Source: an uncultured Planctomycetota bacterium
GTDB taxonomy: Bacteria > Planctomycetota > Planctomycetia > Isosphaerales > Isosphaeraceae
Assembly (NCBI GenBank): GCA_963845755.1
Contig: CAWJTV010000039.1
Span: 96,001-160,000, forward strand
DNA length: 64,000 nt
Direction: 5' to 3'
Notes under the pieces: generated by a model
Databases searched by the model: none
The model's input: the letters and a program-made list of their open reading frames with translations, nothing else
What the model was told of the DNA's origin: nothing
Position numbers and translations under genes: made by a program
Shown here: in pieces, positions 22,084 to 32,964 of the stretch
How the letters are laid out: every line of letters starts with the position of its first letter
Numbering within the stretch: position 1 is the first letter of the stretch

Positions 22084-23559
22084 ATCCGCTGTCACTCCCC
22101 TGGCTCGAGATGTCGATCGCCGTCACCCTGCTCGGCTCCCTCTGGGTCAGCCGGCTGCGGGAGCCGATCCGCGCCTACCATCGGGGCCTGGCATTCACGG
22201 GGACCGCGTTCGTCTGCACGCTCCTGGCGTGGCTGGGCTTCTACCTGCGGATTCCGGTCGACGCCAGCCTGGCGCTGAGCCCACAGTACCGTCTCCTCAG
22301 CCGGCAGATCTTCGCGCTGGACGAGCTGAACGCCCCCCTGGTGCCGGTCGTGGCCCTGATCCACTTCCTGACGGCGCTGGCCACGGCGCGGGTGAAGATG
22401 CGCCGATACTCGATCGCCTGGTCGATGGCCGCCGAGTCGATCCGCCTGGCCATGTTCTCGGCCACCGAGCCCTGGGTTCTGATCGCCTTGCTGGCCGCAT
22501 CGACCATACCGCCCTACATCGAGCTGGCGAGCCGAGCGCCGCCCGACACGCATCTACGTAATCCACATGATGCTCTTCGTCGGGTTGCTGGTGCTGGGGT
22601 GGTCGGCCGTCGAGCTTCGGGGACGAGACGCGATCCCGACGGCCCTTGCGAGCATTCTCCTGCTGCTGGCGACCTTGGTGCGGTGCGGGACCGTCCCGGC
22701 CCACTGCTGGGTTACCGACTGGTTCGAGCACGCCACGTTCGGCAATGCGATTCTGTTCGTGTGTCCCCTCGGCGGTGTCTACGCCGCCGTCCGGCTCGTG
22801 CTCCCGATCGCACCGGACTGGGTCCTCCACGGTATCTCGATCGCCTCGCTGATCACGGCCGTCTACGCCGCGGGGATGGCCGTGGTCCAGAACGAAGTGA
22901 GGCGGTTCTACGCCTTCCTGTTCTTGAGTCACGCCTCGCTCGTGCTCGTCGGGTTGGAGCTGGACACCGTCATGTCACTGACGGCCTCGTTGTGCCTGTG
23001 GTTCTCGGTCATCCTGTCGCTGACCGGCTTCGGCCTGACGCTCCGGGCACTGGAATCCCGGTTCGGACGGCTCTCCCTCACCAGCTTCCACGGCCTCTAC
23101 GAGCACACGCCCGCGCTGGCCGTCTGTTTCCTCCTGACGGGACTGGCGAGCGTTGGATTTCCGGGCACGCTCGGCTTCATCTCGACCGATCTGCTGGTCG
23201 ACAGCGCCGTGGAGGTCAACCCGACCCTCGGGATCGTGGTGGTCGCGGCGGCGGCCCTCAACGGGATCGCCGTGGTGCGGGCGTATCTCCACCTGTTCAC
23301 CGGAGCCCGCCATGTTTCGACGATCTGGCTGGGGATCGGCACGCGCGAGCGGATCGCGGTCCTGACACTGACGGCGATGATGCTTCTCGGCGGGCTGTTC
23401 CCTCAGCCCGGCGTGACGACCCGCCAGCGCGCGGCGGAAGCGATCCTCGAGGATCGGCGGTCCCGCCAGCGGGACCGGCGGGTGGAAGAGAGAATCTCCG
23501 CCCCGCCTACGGTTGCCGAGAAGATCCCGCCCCCGGCCAATGCGAGACCTTCGTCGTGA
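22080..23559 (+). CDS. Second proton-conducting membrane transporter subunit (NuoM-like), frameshift near 22540
   Basis: ATGA overlap with previous gene; VRCGTVPAHCW, GLASVGFPGTLGF. Confidence 0.8.
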
Positions 23560-23712
23560 ATGCTGGATCGGCCGATCGACGCGACGCCGGGATTGCGGGA
23601 TCGTGACGGATTTCCGGGGAGCCGGCACCCCTTCGGGGTGCGACGAGATTGGTGCGCCCAAGCCCCCAGGGTTTCGCCCTCACCAGAATCCGCGACGGTC
23701 AGAGTGTCCCCG

Positions 23713-24381
23713 TCAACGATGCGACGTCACGCCGACCTGCCGGCACATCGCGAGCAAGGGGCAGGTCGAGCATCTGGGCCGGATGCCGGTGCAGATGGAC
23801 TTGCCGAACGGGACGAGCCGCTCGTTGATCTCGACCCAGTAGCGTTCCGGCAACCTGGCGGCGAGCGCGGCCATGGTCTGCTTGGCGGTCGAGGTGTTGA
23901 CGTAACCCCAGCGATTGGCGACCCGGTGAACATGAATATCGACGGCGATCGCGGCCCGGCCGAATCCGACGGCCAACGTCAGGGCGGCGATCTTCGGGCC
24001 GACCCCGCGGAACCCGATCAGTCCCTCGATCGTGTCGGGCACCAGGCCCCCATGCTCCGCGACGATCCGCCTCGACAGGGCGATCAGGTCGCGCGCCTTG
24101 GCCACGGGGAACGATGTTCCCCGGAGCAGCCGGACGAGCCGCGCCTCGTCGATCGCGGCCATCGACGCGGGCGTCCGGGCCGTGGCAAACAGGCGGAGAC
24201 AGACCGCGATCGTCGTCTCGTCCCGCGTCCGGGCCGAGATCAGGCTGCCGACGAGCTGCTCGAACGGCGAGGAATAGCCCCGGTCGCGCAGCTCGAACAT
24301 GGCCGCCTTGGGCACGCCCGCCACGGCCTGGCGAAGCCGTCGGAAAACTTCGTCGATGTCGAACGGTTCCTTCGCCCCCAT
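23713..24381 (-). CDS. nth: Endonuclease III
   Basis: HhH motif GVGPKIA, VDIHVHRVANRWG, C-x6-C-x2-C-x5-C Fe-S motif. Confidence 0.92.
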   Translation of the reverse strand: MGAKEPFDIDEVFRRLRQAVAGVPKAAMFELRDRGYSSPFEQLVGSLISARTRDETTIAVCLRLFATARTPASMAAIDEARLVRLLRGTSFPVAKARDLIALSRRIVAEHGGLVPDTIEGLIGFRGVGPKIAALTLAVGFGRAAIAVDIHVHRVANRWGYVNTSTAKQTMAALAARLPERYWVEINERLVPFGKSICTGIRPRCSTCPLLAMCRQVGVTSHR

Positions 24382-24432
24382 GCCCCGATCACCGGCAAAC
24401 GGCGGGCCGAATCCGTCCAGGGACCCACGGAC

Positions 24433-25380
24433 TCAAGGATTGTCGTCGCCGACCACCAGCGAGGGGAGTATCGGCGGGCCATTCTCGCCGGACGTCTCGC
24501 GATCCGGAGACTCGGGTTTGAGGATCTCCGCCATCTGGCGGGCCAGGGCCTGGAACTCGCGTGGGTTGGCGGGTGCCTGCGCCAGCCGGACATTCGAATC
24601 CGTCGCCGGTGCGAACGGATAGTTGGGCATGCTGACCTGGTGGTTGAAGAGGTTATAGACCCCATACACCACGTCGATCTCCCAGCGCCCGGCCATCTCG
24701 ATCTCCTGGCGGAGGACGAATGCCGCCTGGGCGGCATTGAGGCAGACCGCCGTCTCGATGAGGGCGTCGCGGAAATAGGGCGACTGCCGGCCGTCCCGTC
24801 CCCAGACTTCATCCAGGCCGTTGGCCGCCTCGCGGACCGAGACGAAGATCCGCTGGAGGATCGACCGCAGGGCCGGCGACGTCGATCTCGACCAGAATTT
24901 CAGCGGCCGGAGATACGCGTCAACCGCCCCGGTCACGGCGCCGCAGCCGCTGTGCCCCAGTACGACGATGACCTTCACGCTCTCGCTGAGCGCCTCGACG
25001 GCGAAGTCGATGCTCCCCAGACAGACGTCCCCCAGGACGTTCCCGGCGACGCGGATGACGAACAGGTCGTTGAAGCCCTGGCCGAAGATCATCTCCGTCG
25101 GCACGCGGGCATCGGAGCAACCGATCACGACCGCGAACGGGGCCTGCTTCGGCATCCCGCCCTGCTTCCGCACCATCCCGACCTCGAGCCCATTGCACTG
25201 GACAACGTACCCCGACTCCTCGCCCACCGTCACCTCATGGTTCTGGCAGCTCGCCATCCATCGCGCGAACATCCGGTTGCCATCTTCCAGGTTCTTCCGA
25301 GCCAGGTCCGCGTCGGGCGGGGAGGGCTTGGTGCTCGGGTTCTTGGGATCGAATCGATAAACATAATTAATAGTATTCAT
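24433..25380 (-). CDS. Beta-class carbonic anhydrase
   Basis: GCSDARVP, DLFVIRVAGN, LGHSGCGAV. Confidence 0.92.
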   Translation of the reverse strand: MNTINYVYRFDPKNPSTKPSPPDADLARKNLEDGNRMFARWMASCQNHEVTVGEESGYVVQCNGLEVGMVRKQGGMPKQAPFAVVIGCSDARVPTEMIFGQGFNDLFVIRVAGNVLGDVCLGSIDFAVEALSESVKVIVVLGHSGCGAVTGAVDAYLRPLKFWSRSTSPALRSILQRIFVSVREAANGLDEVWGRDGRQSPYFRDALIETAVCLNAAQAAFVLRQEIEMAGRWEIDVVYGVYNLFNHQVSMPNYPFAPATDSNVRLAQAPANPREFQALARQMAEILKPESPDRETSGENGPPILPSLVVGDDNP

Positions 25381-25549
25381 TGCAAAGTCCATTGTCGATA
25401 CGGATGTGATCTGCGAGCTGCTGGCAATCGACGCGGGGTGCACTCGGGGACGATCAATCTCACCGGATCGATCATAGCGTATGATAGACCGCCATGGGCC
25501 GCCACGCAAGTGGCGGCATGCAACCCGAACCTGGTGGGAGATCCCGGTG

Positions 25550-25972
25550 ATGAAGTCGCACACCGAGTATCTGACGTTCGACGTGCCGGCCCGGATGGAC
25601 TTCCTCAACATCACGCGGCAGGTGGAGGAAATCGTCCGCAAGAGCGGCGTGCAGGAGGGCCTGGTCCTGTGCAATGCCATGCACATCACAGCCAGCGTCT
25701 TCATCAATGACGACGAGCCGGGTCTGCACGAAGATTACAAGAAATGGCTGGAGGAGCTCGCACCCTTCGACCCGTCGCCGCAGCGTTACAAGCACAACCG
25801 CACCGGCGAGGATAACGCCGACGCCCACCACAAGCGCCAGATCATGGGCCGCGAGGTGGTGGTGGCCGTGACCCGGGGAAAGCTCGACTTCGGGCCATGG
25901 GAACAGATCTTCTACGGCGAATTCGACGGCCGCCGGCCCAAGCGAGTGCTCATCAAGGTGATCGGGGAATAG
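25550..25972 (+). CDS. yjbQ: YjbQ / UPF0047 family protein
   Basis: [35 protein letters not shown]. Confidence 0.9.
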   Translation: MKSHTEYLTFDVPARMDFLNITRQVEEIVRKSGVQEGLVLCNAMHITASVFINDDEPGLHEDYKKWLEELAPFDPSPQRYKHNRTGEDNADAHHKRQIMGREVVVAVTRGKLDFGPWEQIFYGEFDGRRPKRVLIKVIGE

Positions 25973-26244
25973 TCGCCACGGCATCGTGGGATCTTCCCGA
26001 TGAGGGTCCAGGCTCGATGACTCCACGCAAGAGAAACGCCCTGAACGGAATCGCTCAGCCTGGGGGAGGGGATCCCCCATTTCCAGAAAGGCTTTCACGT
26101 TCAAATGAATGAGCTGATTCCGTTTTGGAGATCTTGCGATTCCTCTTGCGCGGAGTGATCGAGCCTGCCCGCCCACATTCCCGGTCCGCCCGGCGGGTCG
26201 GCCCGCCCGCCGCAGGCTGGGCGACGGGCACGCCTCCGCTCGGA

Positions 26245-26454
26245 TCAGGTCCGGTCGAAACTCGAGGTCTCGAAGTGCTGGACCTGGCGCTCGGCTTCGT
26301 CGCGAGCGATCCCGTAGCTCTTCTGGATCGCGCCGACGAGCTGATCGCGCTGGCCGGCGATGACATCGAGCTCATCATCGGTCAGCTTGCCCCAGGCTTC
26401 CTTGACCTTGCCTTTGAATTGCTTCCAATCGCCCTTCATCGTGTCCCAATTCAT
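26245..26454 (-). CDS. CsbD family protein
   Basis: MNWDTMKGDWKQFKGKVKEAWGKLTDDEL. Confidence 0.9.
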   Translation of the reverse strand: MNWDTMKGDWKQFKGKVKEAWGKLTDDELDVIAGQRDQLVGAIQKSYGIARDEAERQVQHFETSSFDRT

Positions 26455-26559
26455 GGGTTGCTCCTCATTGGAAAACGATCCGGAAACCCCCCGCGCCAGA
26501 CACTCCTGGCGGGCGAGGTTCGGCCTCTTGAGTCGATGGTCCATCGTCCCCGGGCCGCA

Positions 26560-26730
26560 TCAGGCGATCGGGGCCCGGGTGCGCCCGAGAACCAGCGAGA
26601 CCACGAACAGGATCAGGAACAGGAGGAACAGGATCTTCGCGATCGAAGCCGCCGTCCCGGCGATGACTCCAAAACCCAAGACCGCGGCGATCAACGCGAT
26701 CACGAGGAATGTCACTGCCCAGCTCAACAT
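26560..26730 (-). CDS. DUF1328 (YtjA-like) small membrane protein, 56 aa
   Basis: Manual translation [47 protein letters not shown]; below the ORF-track size cutoff. Confidence 0.9.
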   Translation of the reverse strand: MLSWAVTFLVIALIAAVLGFGVIAGTAASIAKILFLLFLILFVVSLVLGRTRAPIA

Positions 26731-26847
26731 CGGATTGCTCCTCTCTCATGTTGTCCGTCTCAACGACGGTGGAAATCACATGTCTTTTCAATCATCCGCA
26801 ACACACTTTTGTTTGGTAGTAGCAAACCGTGTGCCGCGGTCTGGCCG

Positions 26848-27046
26848 TCACCAGGGTTTCAACTTCCAGCCCAGGATGAAGCCGATCCCGAACGCCCATG
26901 CCGCGAAGGACAAGGGGTTCGACCGCGCGTAGTCCTCGGTCGAACTCGGCCACGGATCGGACCGTCGACTCGACCCAGTTCTCCACGCGGCCCGGGGCCG
27001 CCCGGAGTGCGTCTTCCGCGGAATGCACGTCGTATACTCGCGACAT
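26848..27046 (-). CDS. Small tail-anchored protein (ElaB/DUF883-like C-terminus), probable frameshift
   Basis: YARSNPLSFAAWAFGIGFILGWKLKPW. Confidence 0.6.
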
Positions 27047-27304
27047 GTCCTTGGTCTCCTCAAAGTGATGGGTTCTGCCGTCGCATCGAGCTCGGCCGTC
27101 TGAGGAAGCTGTTGTCAGTCCTCGCGGTCCCACATCTCTCTTGTAGTGCAACTGCGATGCCAGAGTTCGGAGCCCATCTCGAAGCGGACCGGAAGAGTGG
27201 CATGGAATCTGCAAATGCAGATGAGAGTGAGATCGGCGACGATCCGTGTTGGGATCGATCGAGGGTCCGATCGTGCCTGAAGCAATGGAGAGGTCGTGAC
27301 AATC

Positions 27305-27748
27305 ATGGAACATGACGAATTGAAATCACTGTCCAATTTGACGGCCGCCGATGTGATGACGGCAGCCCCGCGGACGTGTTCGCGGTTCAGCACGGTCCTC
27401 GAGGCCGTGATGATCTTCCGCGACGCGGATTGCGGCGCCGTGCCGGTGCTGGAAGAGGGGAAACCGGTCGGCATCGTGACCGACCGCGACGTCGCGATCG
27501 CGCTCCCCGACACGCCCGACCTGTTAAATCGCCCGATCGGCGAGATCATGTTGACGGGCCTCGTGTCGGTCGCCCCCGGAGATAGCCTGAGCCATGTCCA
27601 CCAGGTGCTCGCCTCCCAGTCGATTCGTCGCGTCCTCGTTGTTGACGCGACCGAGCGACTCGTGGGCATCATCGGTTGGGCCGATATCGCGCCGGTCTTG
27701 TCGGAGCGCCTGATGGGCCGACTCGTTACTGAAGTGGTGGAGTCTTAG
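27305..27748 (+). CDS. CBS domain protein
   Basis: AADVMT...CGAVPV...VGIVTDRD...IRRVLVVD...LVGII. Confidence 0.9.
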   Translation: MEHDELKSLSNLTAADVMTAAPRTCSRFSTVLEAVMIFRDADCGAVPVLEEGKPVGIVTDRDVAIALPDTPDLLNRPIGEIMLTGLVSVAPGDSLSHVHQVLASQSIRRVLVVDATERLVGIIGWADIAPVLSERLMGRLVTEVVES

Positions 27749-27778
27749 TCGCTTCGCTCCGGTGGACAGTAGGTAGTC

Positions 27779-27916
27779 GAGTCGTCCTCCGTAGGATCCC
27801 TGCGCCGTGCGCGCCTCTGGGGATTCCGAATTCCGGATTCCCGGATCCTTCCCCTTCGGGAATCCGGAATCGCGAATCGGGAATCCCGATGGGGTTGCGG
27901 CCGAAGGACGCGTTAG
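27779..27916. repeat. Dispersed composite repeat, copy 1
   Basis: gagtcgtcctccgtaggatccctgcgccgtgcgcgc + GATTCC/GAATCC heptamer-like tract + gatggggttgcggcc...cgcgttag. Confidence 0.8.
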
Positions 27917-27987
27917 GCAGTAGGTAGTAAACGCAAAACCGCGTTGTTGTTTTACTGCCTACTGCCTACTACATACTGCCCACGCGA

Positions 27988-28494
27988 CTAACGCGCCGGA
28001 CGGCCGCTGTGAAGCAGGACGGTGCGGACCCAGTTCATGTTGCGGGCGAGTTCCTCGCGGCTGATGGGGAATCCCACGGCCGCGCGTCGCAACTGGCTGG
28101 CGGCAATGGCGATGCCGGCCCCCCCGATGAAGAGGGTCACGAGGGCAACGCTCAGGAAGGCGGCGCCGCGGTTCATCCCCAGCCCGGAGGCCAGTAACTC
28201 GGCGATTCCGATCAGGATCACGGGAAGGCTGGCCAGGGCCAGGGCGGTGCCGGCCAGGATCACCGCGCCGGTAACTTTGACGGCATCCGCGTTCTGCCGG
28301 ATCTCGATCGCGGTCAGCCGCGCCTGTAGCTCGCAGAGGGACAGCAGATTGTCGCCGAACTCGGCGACTCCGCTGATCACCTGACCCGGTCCGCCTTCAT
28401 CCTTGGGGCCCGTGGCATTGCCGGGTTCGGCGACCACGGCACCCCGTCGGCCCGCCAGCGAGCCATTGATTCTTACCGTCGCTTGATTAGCCAT
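27988..28494 (-). CDS. YqjE/phage-holin-like family membrane protein
   Basis: LCELQARLTAIE, two TM segments, FPISREELARNMNWV. Confidence 0.75.
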   Translation of the reverse strand: MANQATVRINGSLAGRRGAVVAEPGNATGPKDEGGPGQVISGVAEFGDNLLSLCELQARLTAIEIRQNADAVKVTGAVILAGTALALASLPVILIGIAELLASGLGMNRGAAFLSVALVTLFIGGAGIAIAASQLRRAAVGFPISREELARNMNWVRTVLLHSGRPAR

Positions 28495-28673
28495 CCCAGA
28501 ATGACTCCCGCTGCCAGGGCGGCCCCCAGGGCCAGGGCCGGTCGGTTGGTGATGAGGTCCTTCACGAATTCCCCGGTCCCGGCCAGGTAATCGTTCGCCC
28601 GGGCGAACATCTCGCCGGCGCCCTCCCGTTCCCGCGATCCGGACGATGCGTGATCTCGTGCGATGGATATCAT
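28473..28673 (-). CDS. Small DUF883/ElaB-like protein
   Basis: ITNRPALALGAALAAGVILGWLIKRR; GGAGG RBS. Confidence 0.7.
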   Translation of the reverse strand: MISIARDHASSGSREREGAGEMFARANDYLAGTGEFVKDLITNRPALALGAALAAGVILGWLIKRR

Positions 28674-28674
28674 A

Positions 28675-28826
28675 GAGTCGTCCTCCGTAGGATCCCTGCG
28701 CCGTGCGCGCATCTGGGGGATACCCGATTCGTGATTCCCCATTCGCCACTCCCCATTCCGGATTCCGAATCCTTCTTCATTGGGAATCGCGAATCCCGAT
28801 GGGGTTGCGGCCCACGGCCGCGTTAG
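28675..28826. repeat. Dispersed composite repeat, copy 2
   Basis: Both ends near-identical to 27779-27916; internal tract differs. Confidence 0.8.
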
Positions 28827-29386
28827 TAGGTCTGTGCCTTCAACCAACCGTCGTGTCCCACGAAGCGGCGGCGGGTCGGGCGGAGACCGGTCATCAACGA
28901 ACGTCGCGGGGCCCCCGAGGCGTCCGGGTGCGCGGCGGGTCCGAGTCGGTCGCCACCCTCGGCCTGGGGGGCCAGCCACTGTTCCAGGTAGTGGGCGGCA
29001 TAATTCTGCGCGGCACGGATCGCCAGCGGAGCCAGGAGGCCCAGGACCGTGCCCGTCAGACTCCACGACTTCTCCCGCGGCGCACTGGTCAGGTTCACGT
29101 GCATGGGCGCCATTGCCTTGGCGCCGGAGGTCGGAACGCCCATCGCCACCACGGCGGGTGCCTCCGTCCGCCGCTTGGGGACGATCAGGTAGCCGGTCGC
29201 GCCGGCCGTCGCCAGGCTCAGCCACGGATGGCTTCGCACCAGGCTCCGCCAGTCGGTCAACGATTGAGCCCCCTTGACCGCTTCCCGGACATCCTTATGC
29301 ATGTCATGACGAACCAAGGCCATCCGCTGCTGGATTTCGCGGATCTCCTCCGTCGGGCTCGACATCGCCGTAGCCATCGCCACCAT
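28823..29386 (-). CDS. Hypothetical protein (DUF3618-like N-terminus)
   Basis: EEIREIQQRMALVRHDM...DWRSLVRSHPWLSLA. Confidence 0.65.
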   Translation of the reverse strand: MVAMATAMSSPTEEIREIQQRMALVRHDMHKDVREAVKGAQSLTDWRSLVRSHPWLSLATAGATGYLIVPKRRTEAPAVVAMGVPTSGAKAMAPMHVNLTSAPREKSWSLTGTVLGLLAPLAIRAAQNYAAHYLEQWLAPQAEGGDRLGPAAHPDASGAPRRSLMTGLRPTRRRFVGHDGWLKAQTY

Positions 29387-29828
29387 CCTCTCGGAGTGTC
29401 TCACGTCGCGCGCCGGCATCCCTCATCGTTCGCCTCGCAGAGTCGCGCTTGCGTTCTCTCTCGGCTCCCAGCGAGCAAAAACTGTGCCAAAACGCGGGCG
29501 CGGCCGGTCGACGGCCTCACGTCACCTGCGTCGTCCCCGATCCTCATGAAAGGTTTTAAGAATTCTCAAATTTCTGTGAGAAATCTGCGACCGATTCTTG
29601 AGTAGTCCGACGCACATGAGTCCTTGCGGCCCGTCGTTCCCCCTTTTACCAGGGCGCCGGTTGTCGCGGACGCACGAAGAACTTTCGCATCGACCGCCCC
29701 CAAACCGGCTCAAACCCCTCCGGCTTGGCACACCCCTTGCATCAGTTTCGACCTTGATCATGATGGCCAGCCCCGGATCTCATGTGAGGTCGCTGGCCGT
29801 CCGGTTCCCAGAATGAGGGGAAAGTTTC

Positions 29829-30023
29829 ATGCGCAAGCTGATCAGTACGATGATGTTGGGTGTCCTCGTCGTGGGATGTGGGTTCGCGATCCCCGGCTGC
29901 TCGGAGGAGACTGCAACGAAGACACAGACCACGACGACCACTCCCAACGGCAAGACGGTGGAGACCCAGACCAACTCGATCAAGCAATCGGGTGACCAGC
30001 CGCCGCCGCCCAAGACACCTTGA
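29829..30023 (+). CDS. Small lipoprotein
   Basis: Signal peptide with IPGC, Thr-rich mature region. Confidence 0.7.
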   Translation: MRKLISTMMLGVLVVGCGFAIPGCSEETATKTQTTTTTPNGKTVETQTNSIKQSGDQPPPPKTP

Positions 30024-30100
30024 TCGGCCGAGACGTCACAAGGATTCACTTCGGGGTGGATCGGATTCCTTTTCCATCAGAGATCAGTGAGGTTGACACC

Positions 30101-30520
30101 ATGGTTAATGCGCAAGTGCTGCAAGGGCAGTGGAACCAGATTCGCGGTGAGCTGAAGAAGAAGTGGGGCCAGTTGACCGAGGACGACCTGCGGTTCACCA
30201 ACGGCAACATCGACCAGTTGATTGGCCGGATCCAGCACAAGACCGGCGAGGCCCGCGATGCGATCGAGAAGTTCCTGGACGAGGCGACGGCCCAGGGTGC
30301 CTCGATGATGACGCAGGCGACCGAGCAGGCGGGCAAGTATGCCCAGTACGCCTCCGAGCAGGTGCGCGAGGGGTACAACCGGCTCTCCGACCAGTTCAAC
30401 CGCGGCTACGACGTCTCGCAAGACATGATCCGCGAGAACCCCGGTCGTTCGATCGCCCTGGCCTTCGGCGCCGGCATCCTGCTGGGCGTCGTCGTCGGCG
30501 TGGCCCTGCGTTCGCGCTGA
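30101..30520 (+). CDS. CsbD family protein with DUF883-like C-terminal anchor
   Basis: LQGQWNQIRGELKKKWGQLTEDDL...IRENPGRSIALAFGAG. Confidence 0.9.
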   Translation: MVNAQVLQGQWNQIRGELKKKWGQLTEDDLRFTNGNIDQLIGRIQHKTGEARDAIEKFLDEATAQGASMMTQATEQAGKYAQYASEQVREGYNRLSDQFNRGYDVSQDMIRENPGRSIALAFGAGILLGVVVGVALRSR

Positions 30521-30550
30521 TCATTTCAGCATGAGAAAGGCTTCTCGAGT

Positions 30551-30632
30551 GAAGGCGGAAGGCTGAAGGCGGAAGGCTGAGTCAGCACCGGTCCGGTCTT
30601 GATTCAGCCTTCAGCCCTCAGCCTTCGGCCTT
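30551..30632. repeat. Inverted heptamer repeat (GAAGGCT...AGCCTTC hairpin)
   Basis: gaaggcggaaggctgaagg... facing ...cagccttcagccctcagccttc. Confidence 0.7.
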
Positions 30633-30653
30633 TTAGAGTGAGGTACTCCGTCA

Positions 30654-32705
30654 GTGACCAAGCCCTCCGTTGGACCGACCTGGCAACGTGCGCTCATTAC
30701 CTTGACCGGGACCGTCATCTGCGTGGTCGCGATCGCGGCCTTGTACTGGGCGCAGTCGGTGTTCATCCCGGTGGCGCTAGCCGCCTTCCTGACCTTCCTG
30801 CTCAGCCCCCTCGTGGGCTGGTTCCGCCAACGCGGGGTCCGGCGGACCCCCGCCGTGATCATGGCCGTCCTGCTGGCGACACTCGCCCTGGGCTCGATCG
30901 GCTGGCTCGTCACTTCTCAGATCACCAGCTTGATCCAGGAGTTGCCCCGGTACACCCAGACCGTGAAGGAGAAGGTCCGGACCTTCAAGAAGGTCACGGA
31001 GAACTCGGGTCAACTCAAGAAGATGGTGACGGAGATCAACCAGGAGCTCGGCCAGACGACGGATCGACCGGCCAAGGACGATGCGGAAGAGAGCCCCGGC
31101 GGAGAGACGGCCGACTCCGGCCTGTCCACCAGACGGCCGACGGCCGTGATCCTCGAGCCGCAGAGCCCGGTCTGGCTGTCGCGCCTGACCTCGTTCTTGA
31201 GCCCGCTCCTGGAATCGCTCGGCGAGCTGGCGCTGGCCATCATCCTGGTCATCTTCATGCTGCTGAAGCGGGAGGAACTCCGCAATCGCATCATCCGACT
31301 GGCGGGACACGGGCAGATCGTCGTCGCCACCAAGTTCGTGGACGAGGCGGCGCAGCGGGTCAGCCGGTTCCTCCTCATCCAGGCGATCGTCAATGGGACG
31401 TTCGGCCTGATCTTCGGGATCGGCCTGCTCCTGATCGGGGTCAAGTATGCCTTGCTTTGGGGCTTCCTGGCGGCGATGCTCCGCTACCTCCCTTTCATCG
31501 GGCCCTATCTGGCCGTCACGTTCCCGATTTCGCTGAGCCTGGCCACCATCCCCGGCTGGGGAGCGACGTTGATGGTGATCGGCCTGTTCCTGACGGTGGA
31601 GCTGATCACGGCGAACTTCGTCGAGCCCCGGCTCTACGGCCAGAGCATGGGAGTCTCCGAGATCGCCTTGCTGGTCTCGGCGGCCTTTTGGGCATTCCTC
31701 TGGGGACCGATCGGGCTGGTCCTCTCGAGCCCACTGACGGTCTGCCTCGTCGTACTGGGCCGCTACAGCCCCCGGTTGGAGTTCATCTCGGTCCTCCTGG
31801 GCGATGAGCCGGCCCTCGATCTGAGCATCAGCTTCTACCAGCGCCTCCTGGCCCGGGACCAGGACGAAGCGGAGGACCTGGTCCTGGAGCAGGTCCAGGC
31901 ATCCAAATCTGCGGAGCCCATCTACGATGAGATGCTGCTGCCGGCCTTGATCGCCATCAAGCGGAACCGCATCCGCGATGACATCACCGAGGCGGACGCG
32001 GAGTATGCCCTGCAATCCATCCGCGAAATCGTGGAAGACCTGGGCGAACAGCAGGCCGGCGCGGCACACGACAGCCCGGAGGGGGAATCGGCGCGGCCGG
32101 TCACCGAGCCCCCGGTCCGGGTCTTCGGCTGCCCGGCGCACGACGCCGAGGATCAGTTGGCGCTGGAGATGCTCCAGCAACTGCTCGATCCGGCACGATG
32201 GCATCTCGATCTGATCCCCACGGGAACCCTGACCGGCGAGCTCCTCGACCAGGTGGCGGATCGAAAGCCGGTCGCCGTCTGCATCGCGGCGACCCCGCCC
32301 GGCGGCCTGGCCCACACCCGATATCTTTGCAAGCGCCTGCGGTCCCAGTTCCCGGACCTGCGCATCGTCGTGGGCCGTTGGGGAGTCAGGAGTCCTGGCA
32401 GCGCGCCCGACCTCCTCCAGAAGCCGGGAGCCGAGCCCGATGAAGCCACGCCCTCCAAGGGCGGCACCGCCGTCGTGACCGCGACCCTCCAGGCAGCCGG
32501 CGCCGACTTCGTGGCGCCGACGCTGCTGGAGACCCGACAGCAACTCTGCACCCTGCTCCCGGTCCTCCTGGGAAACCAGCGCGATGCGGAGCCGGACGGC
32601 GCCCACTCCGCGCGCGACGATGGCGCGTCCTACGTCGAAGCGGGGAGCACGCCGTCGCGGCGTCGTCAAGGAGACGGCGGCCGCAAGGCGGTCCCGAGCC
32701 TCTAA
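30654..32705 (+). CDS. AI-2E family transporter with C-terminal domains
   Basis: IPVALAAFLTFLLSPLV, LRYLPFIGP, EPRLYGQSMGVS, LWGPIGLVLSSPLTVCL. Confidence 0.9.
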   Translation: MTKPSVGPTWQRALITLTGTVICVVAIAALYWAQSVFIPVALAAFLTFLLSPLVGWFRQRGVRRTPAVIMAVLLATLALGSIGWLVTSQITSLIQELPRYTQTVKEKVRTFKKVTENSGQLKKMVTEINQELGQTTDRPAKDDAEESPGGETADSGLSTRRPTAVILEPQSPVWLSRLTSFLSPLLESLGELALAIILVIFMLLKREELRNRIIRLAGHGQIVVATKFVDEAAQRVSRFLLIQAIVNGTFGLIFGIGLLLIGVKYALLWGFLAAMLRYLPFIGPYLAVTFPISLSLATIPGWGATLMVIGLFLTVELITANFVEPRLYGQSMGVSEIALLVSAAFWAFLWGPIGLVLSSPLTVCLVVLGRYSPRLEFISVLLGDEPALDLSISFYQRLLARDQDEAEDLVLEQVQASKSAEPIYDEMLLPALIAIKRNRIRDDITEADAEYALQSIREIVEDLGEQQAGAAHDSPEGESARPVTEPPVRVFGCPAHDAEDQLALEMLQQLLDPARWHLDLIPTGTLTGELLDQVADRKPVAVCIAATPPGGLAHTRYLCKRLRSQFPDLRIVVGRWGVRSPGSAPDLLQKPGAEPDEATPSKGGTAVVTATLQAAGADFVAPTLLETRQQLCTLLPVLLGNQRDAEPDGAHSARDDGASYVEAGSTPSRRRQGDGGRKAVPSL

Positions 32706-32964
32706 GTTGAGCGGCGGTTCCGAACGGCGGTCGTTGGCCCCAGGGCAAGGGATTTCTCTCGGCGACCACGGGCATGAGCCCATGGGTTAGCCGGCGAAAG
32801 AATGGGCCGATCGGCGGGCCAATCAAGCCGCGTCGGAAGGTGGCTGAATCTTGCGAAGAATTATCGGGCGCGATACGCTTGATGAACTGACGTCAGTCGC
32901 CGAGGGCTCACGGCACGAAACAAAGATGACCTCAGGTGAGTTCGTTGTTATTGAAACCTAGGTT

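Noticed and set aside
20685..23559. Respiratory complex I nuoL/nuoM
   Set aside because: No other nuo genes nearby; coupling to DUF2309 indicates a DAB-type transporter.
23560..25710. 716-aa plus-strand ORF and similar long antisense ORFs (e.g. 30777-32783, 40689-42314)
   Set aside because: Shadow ORFs opposite well-supported genes, as expected at high GC.
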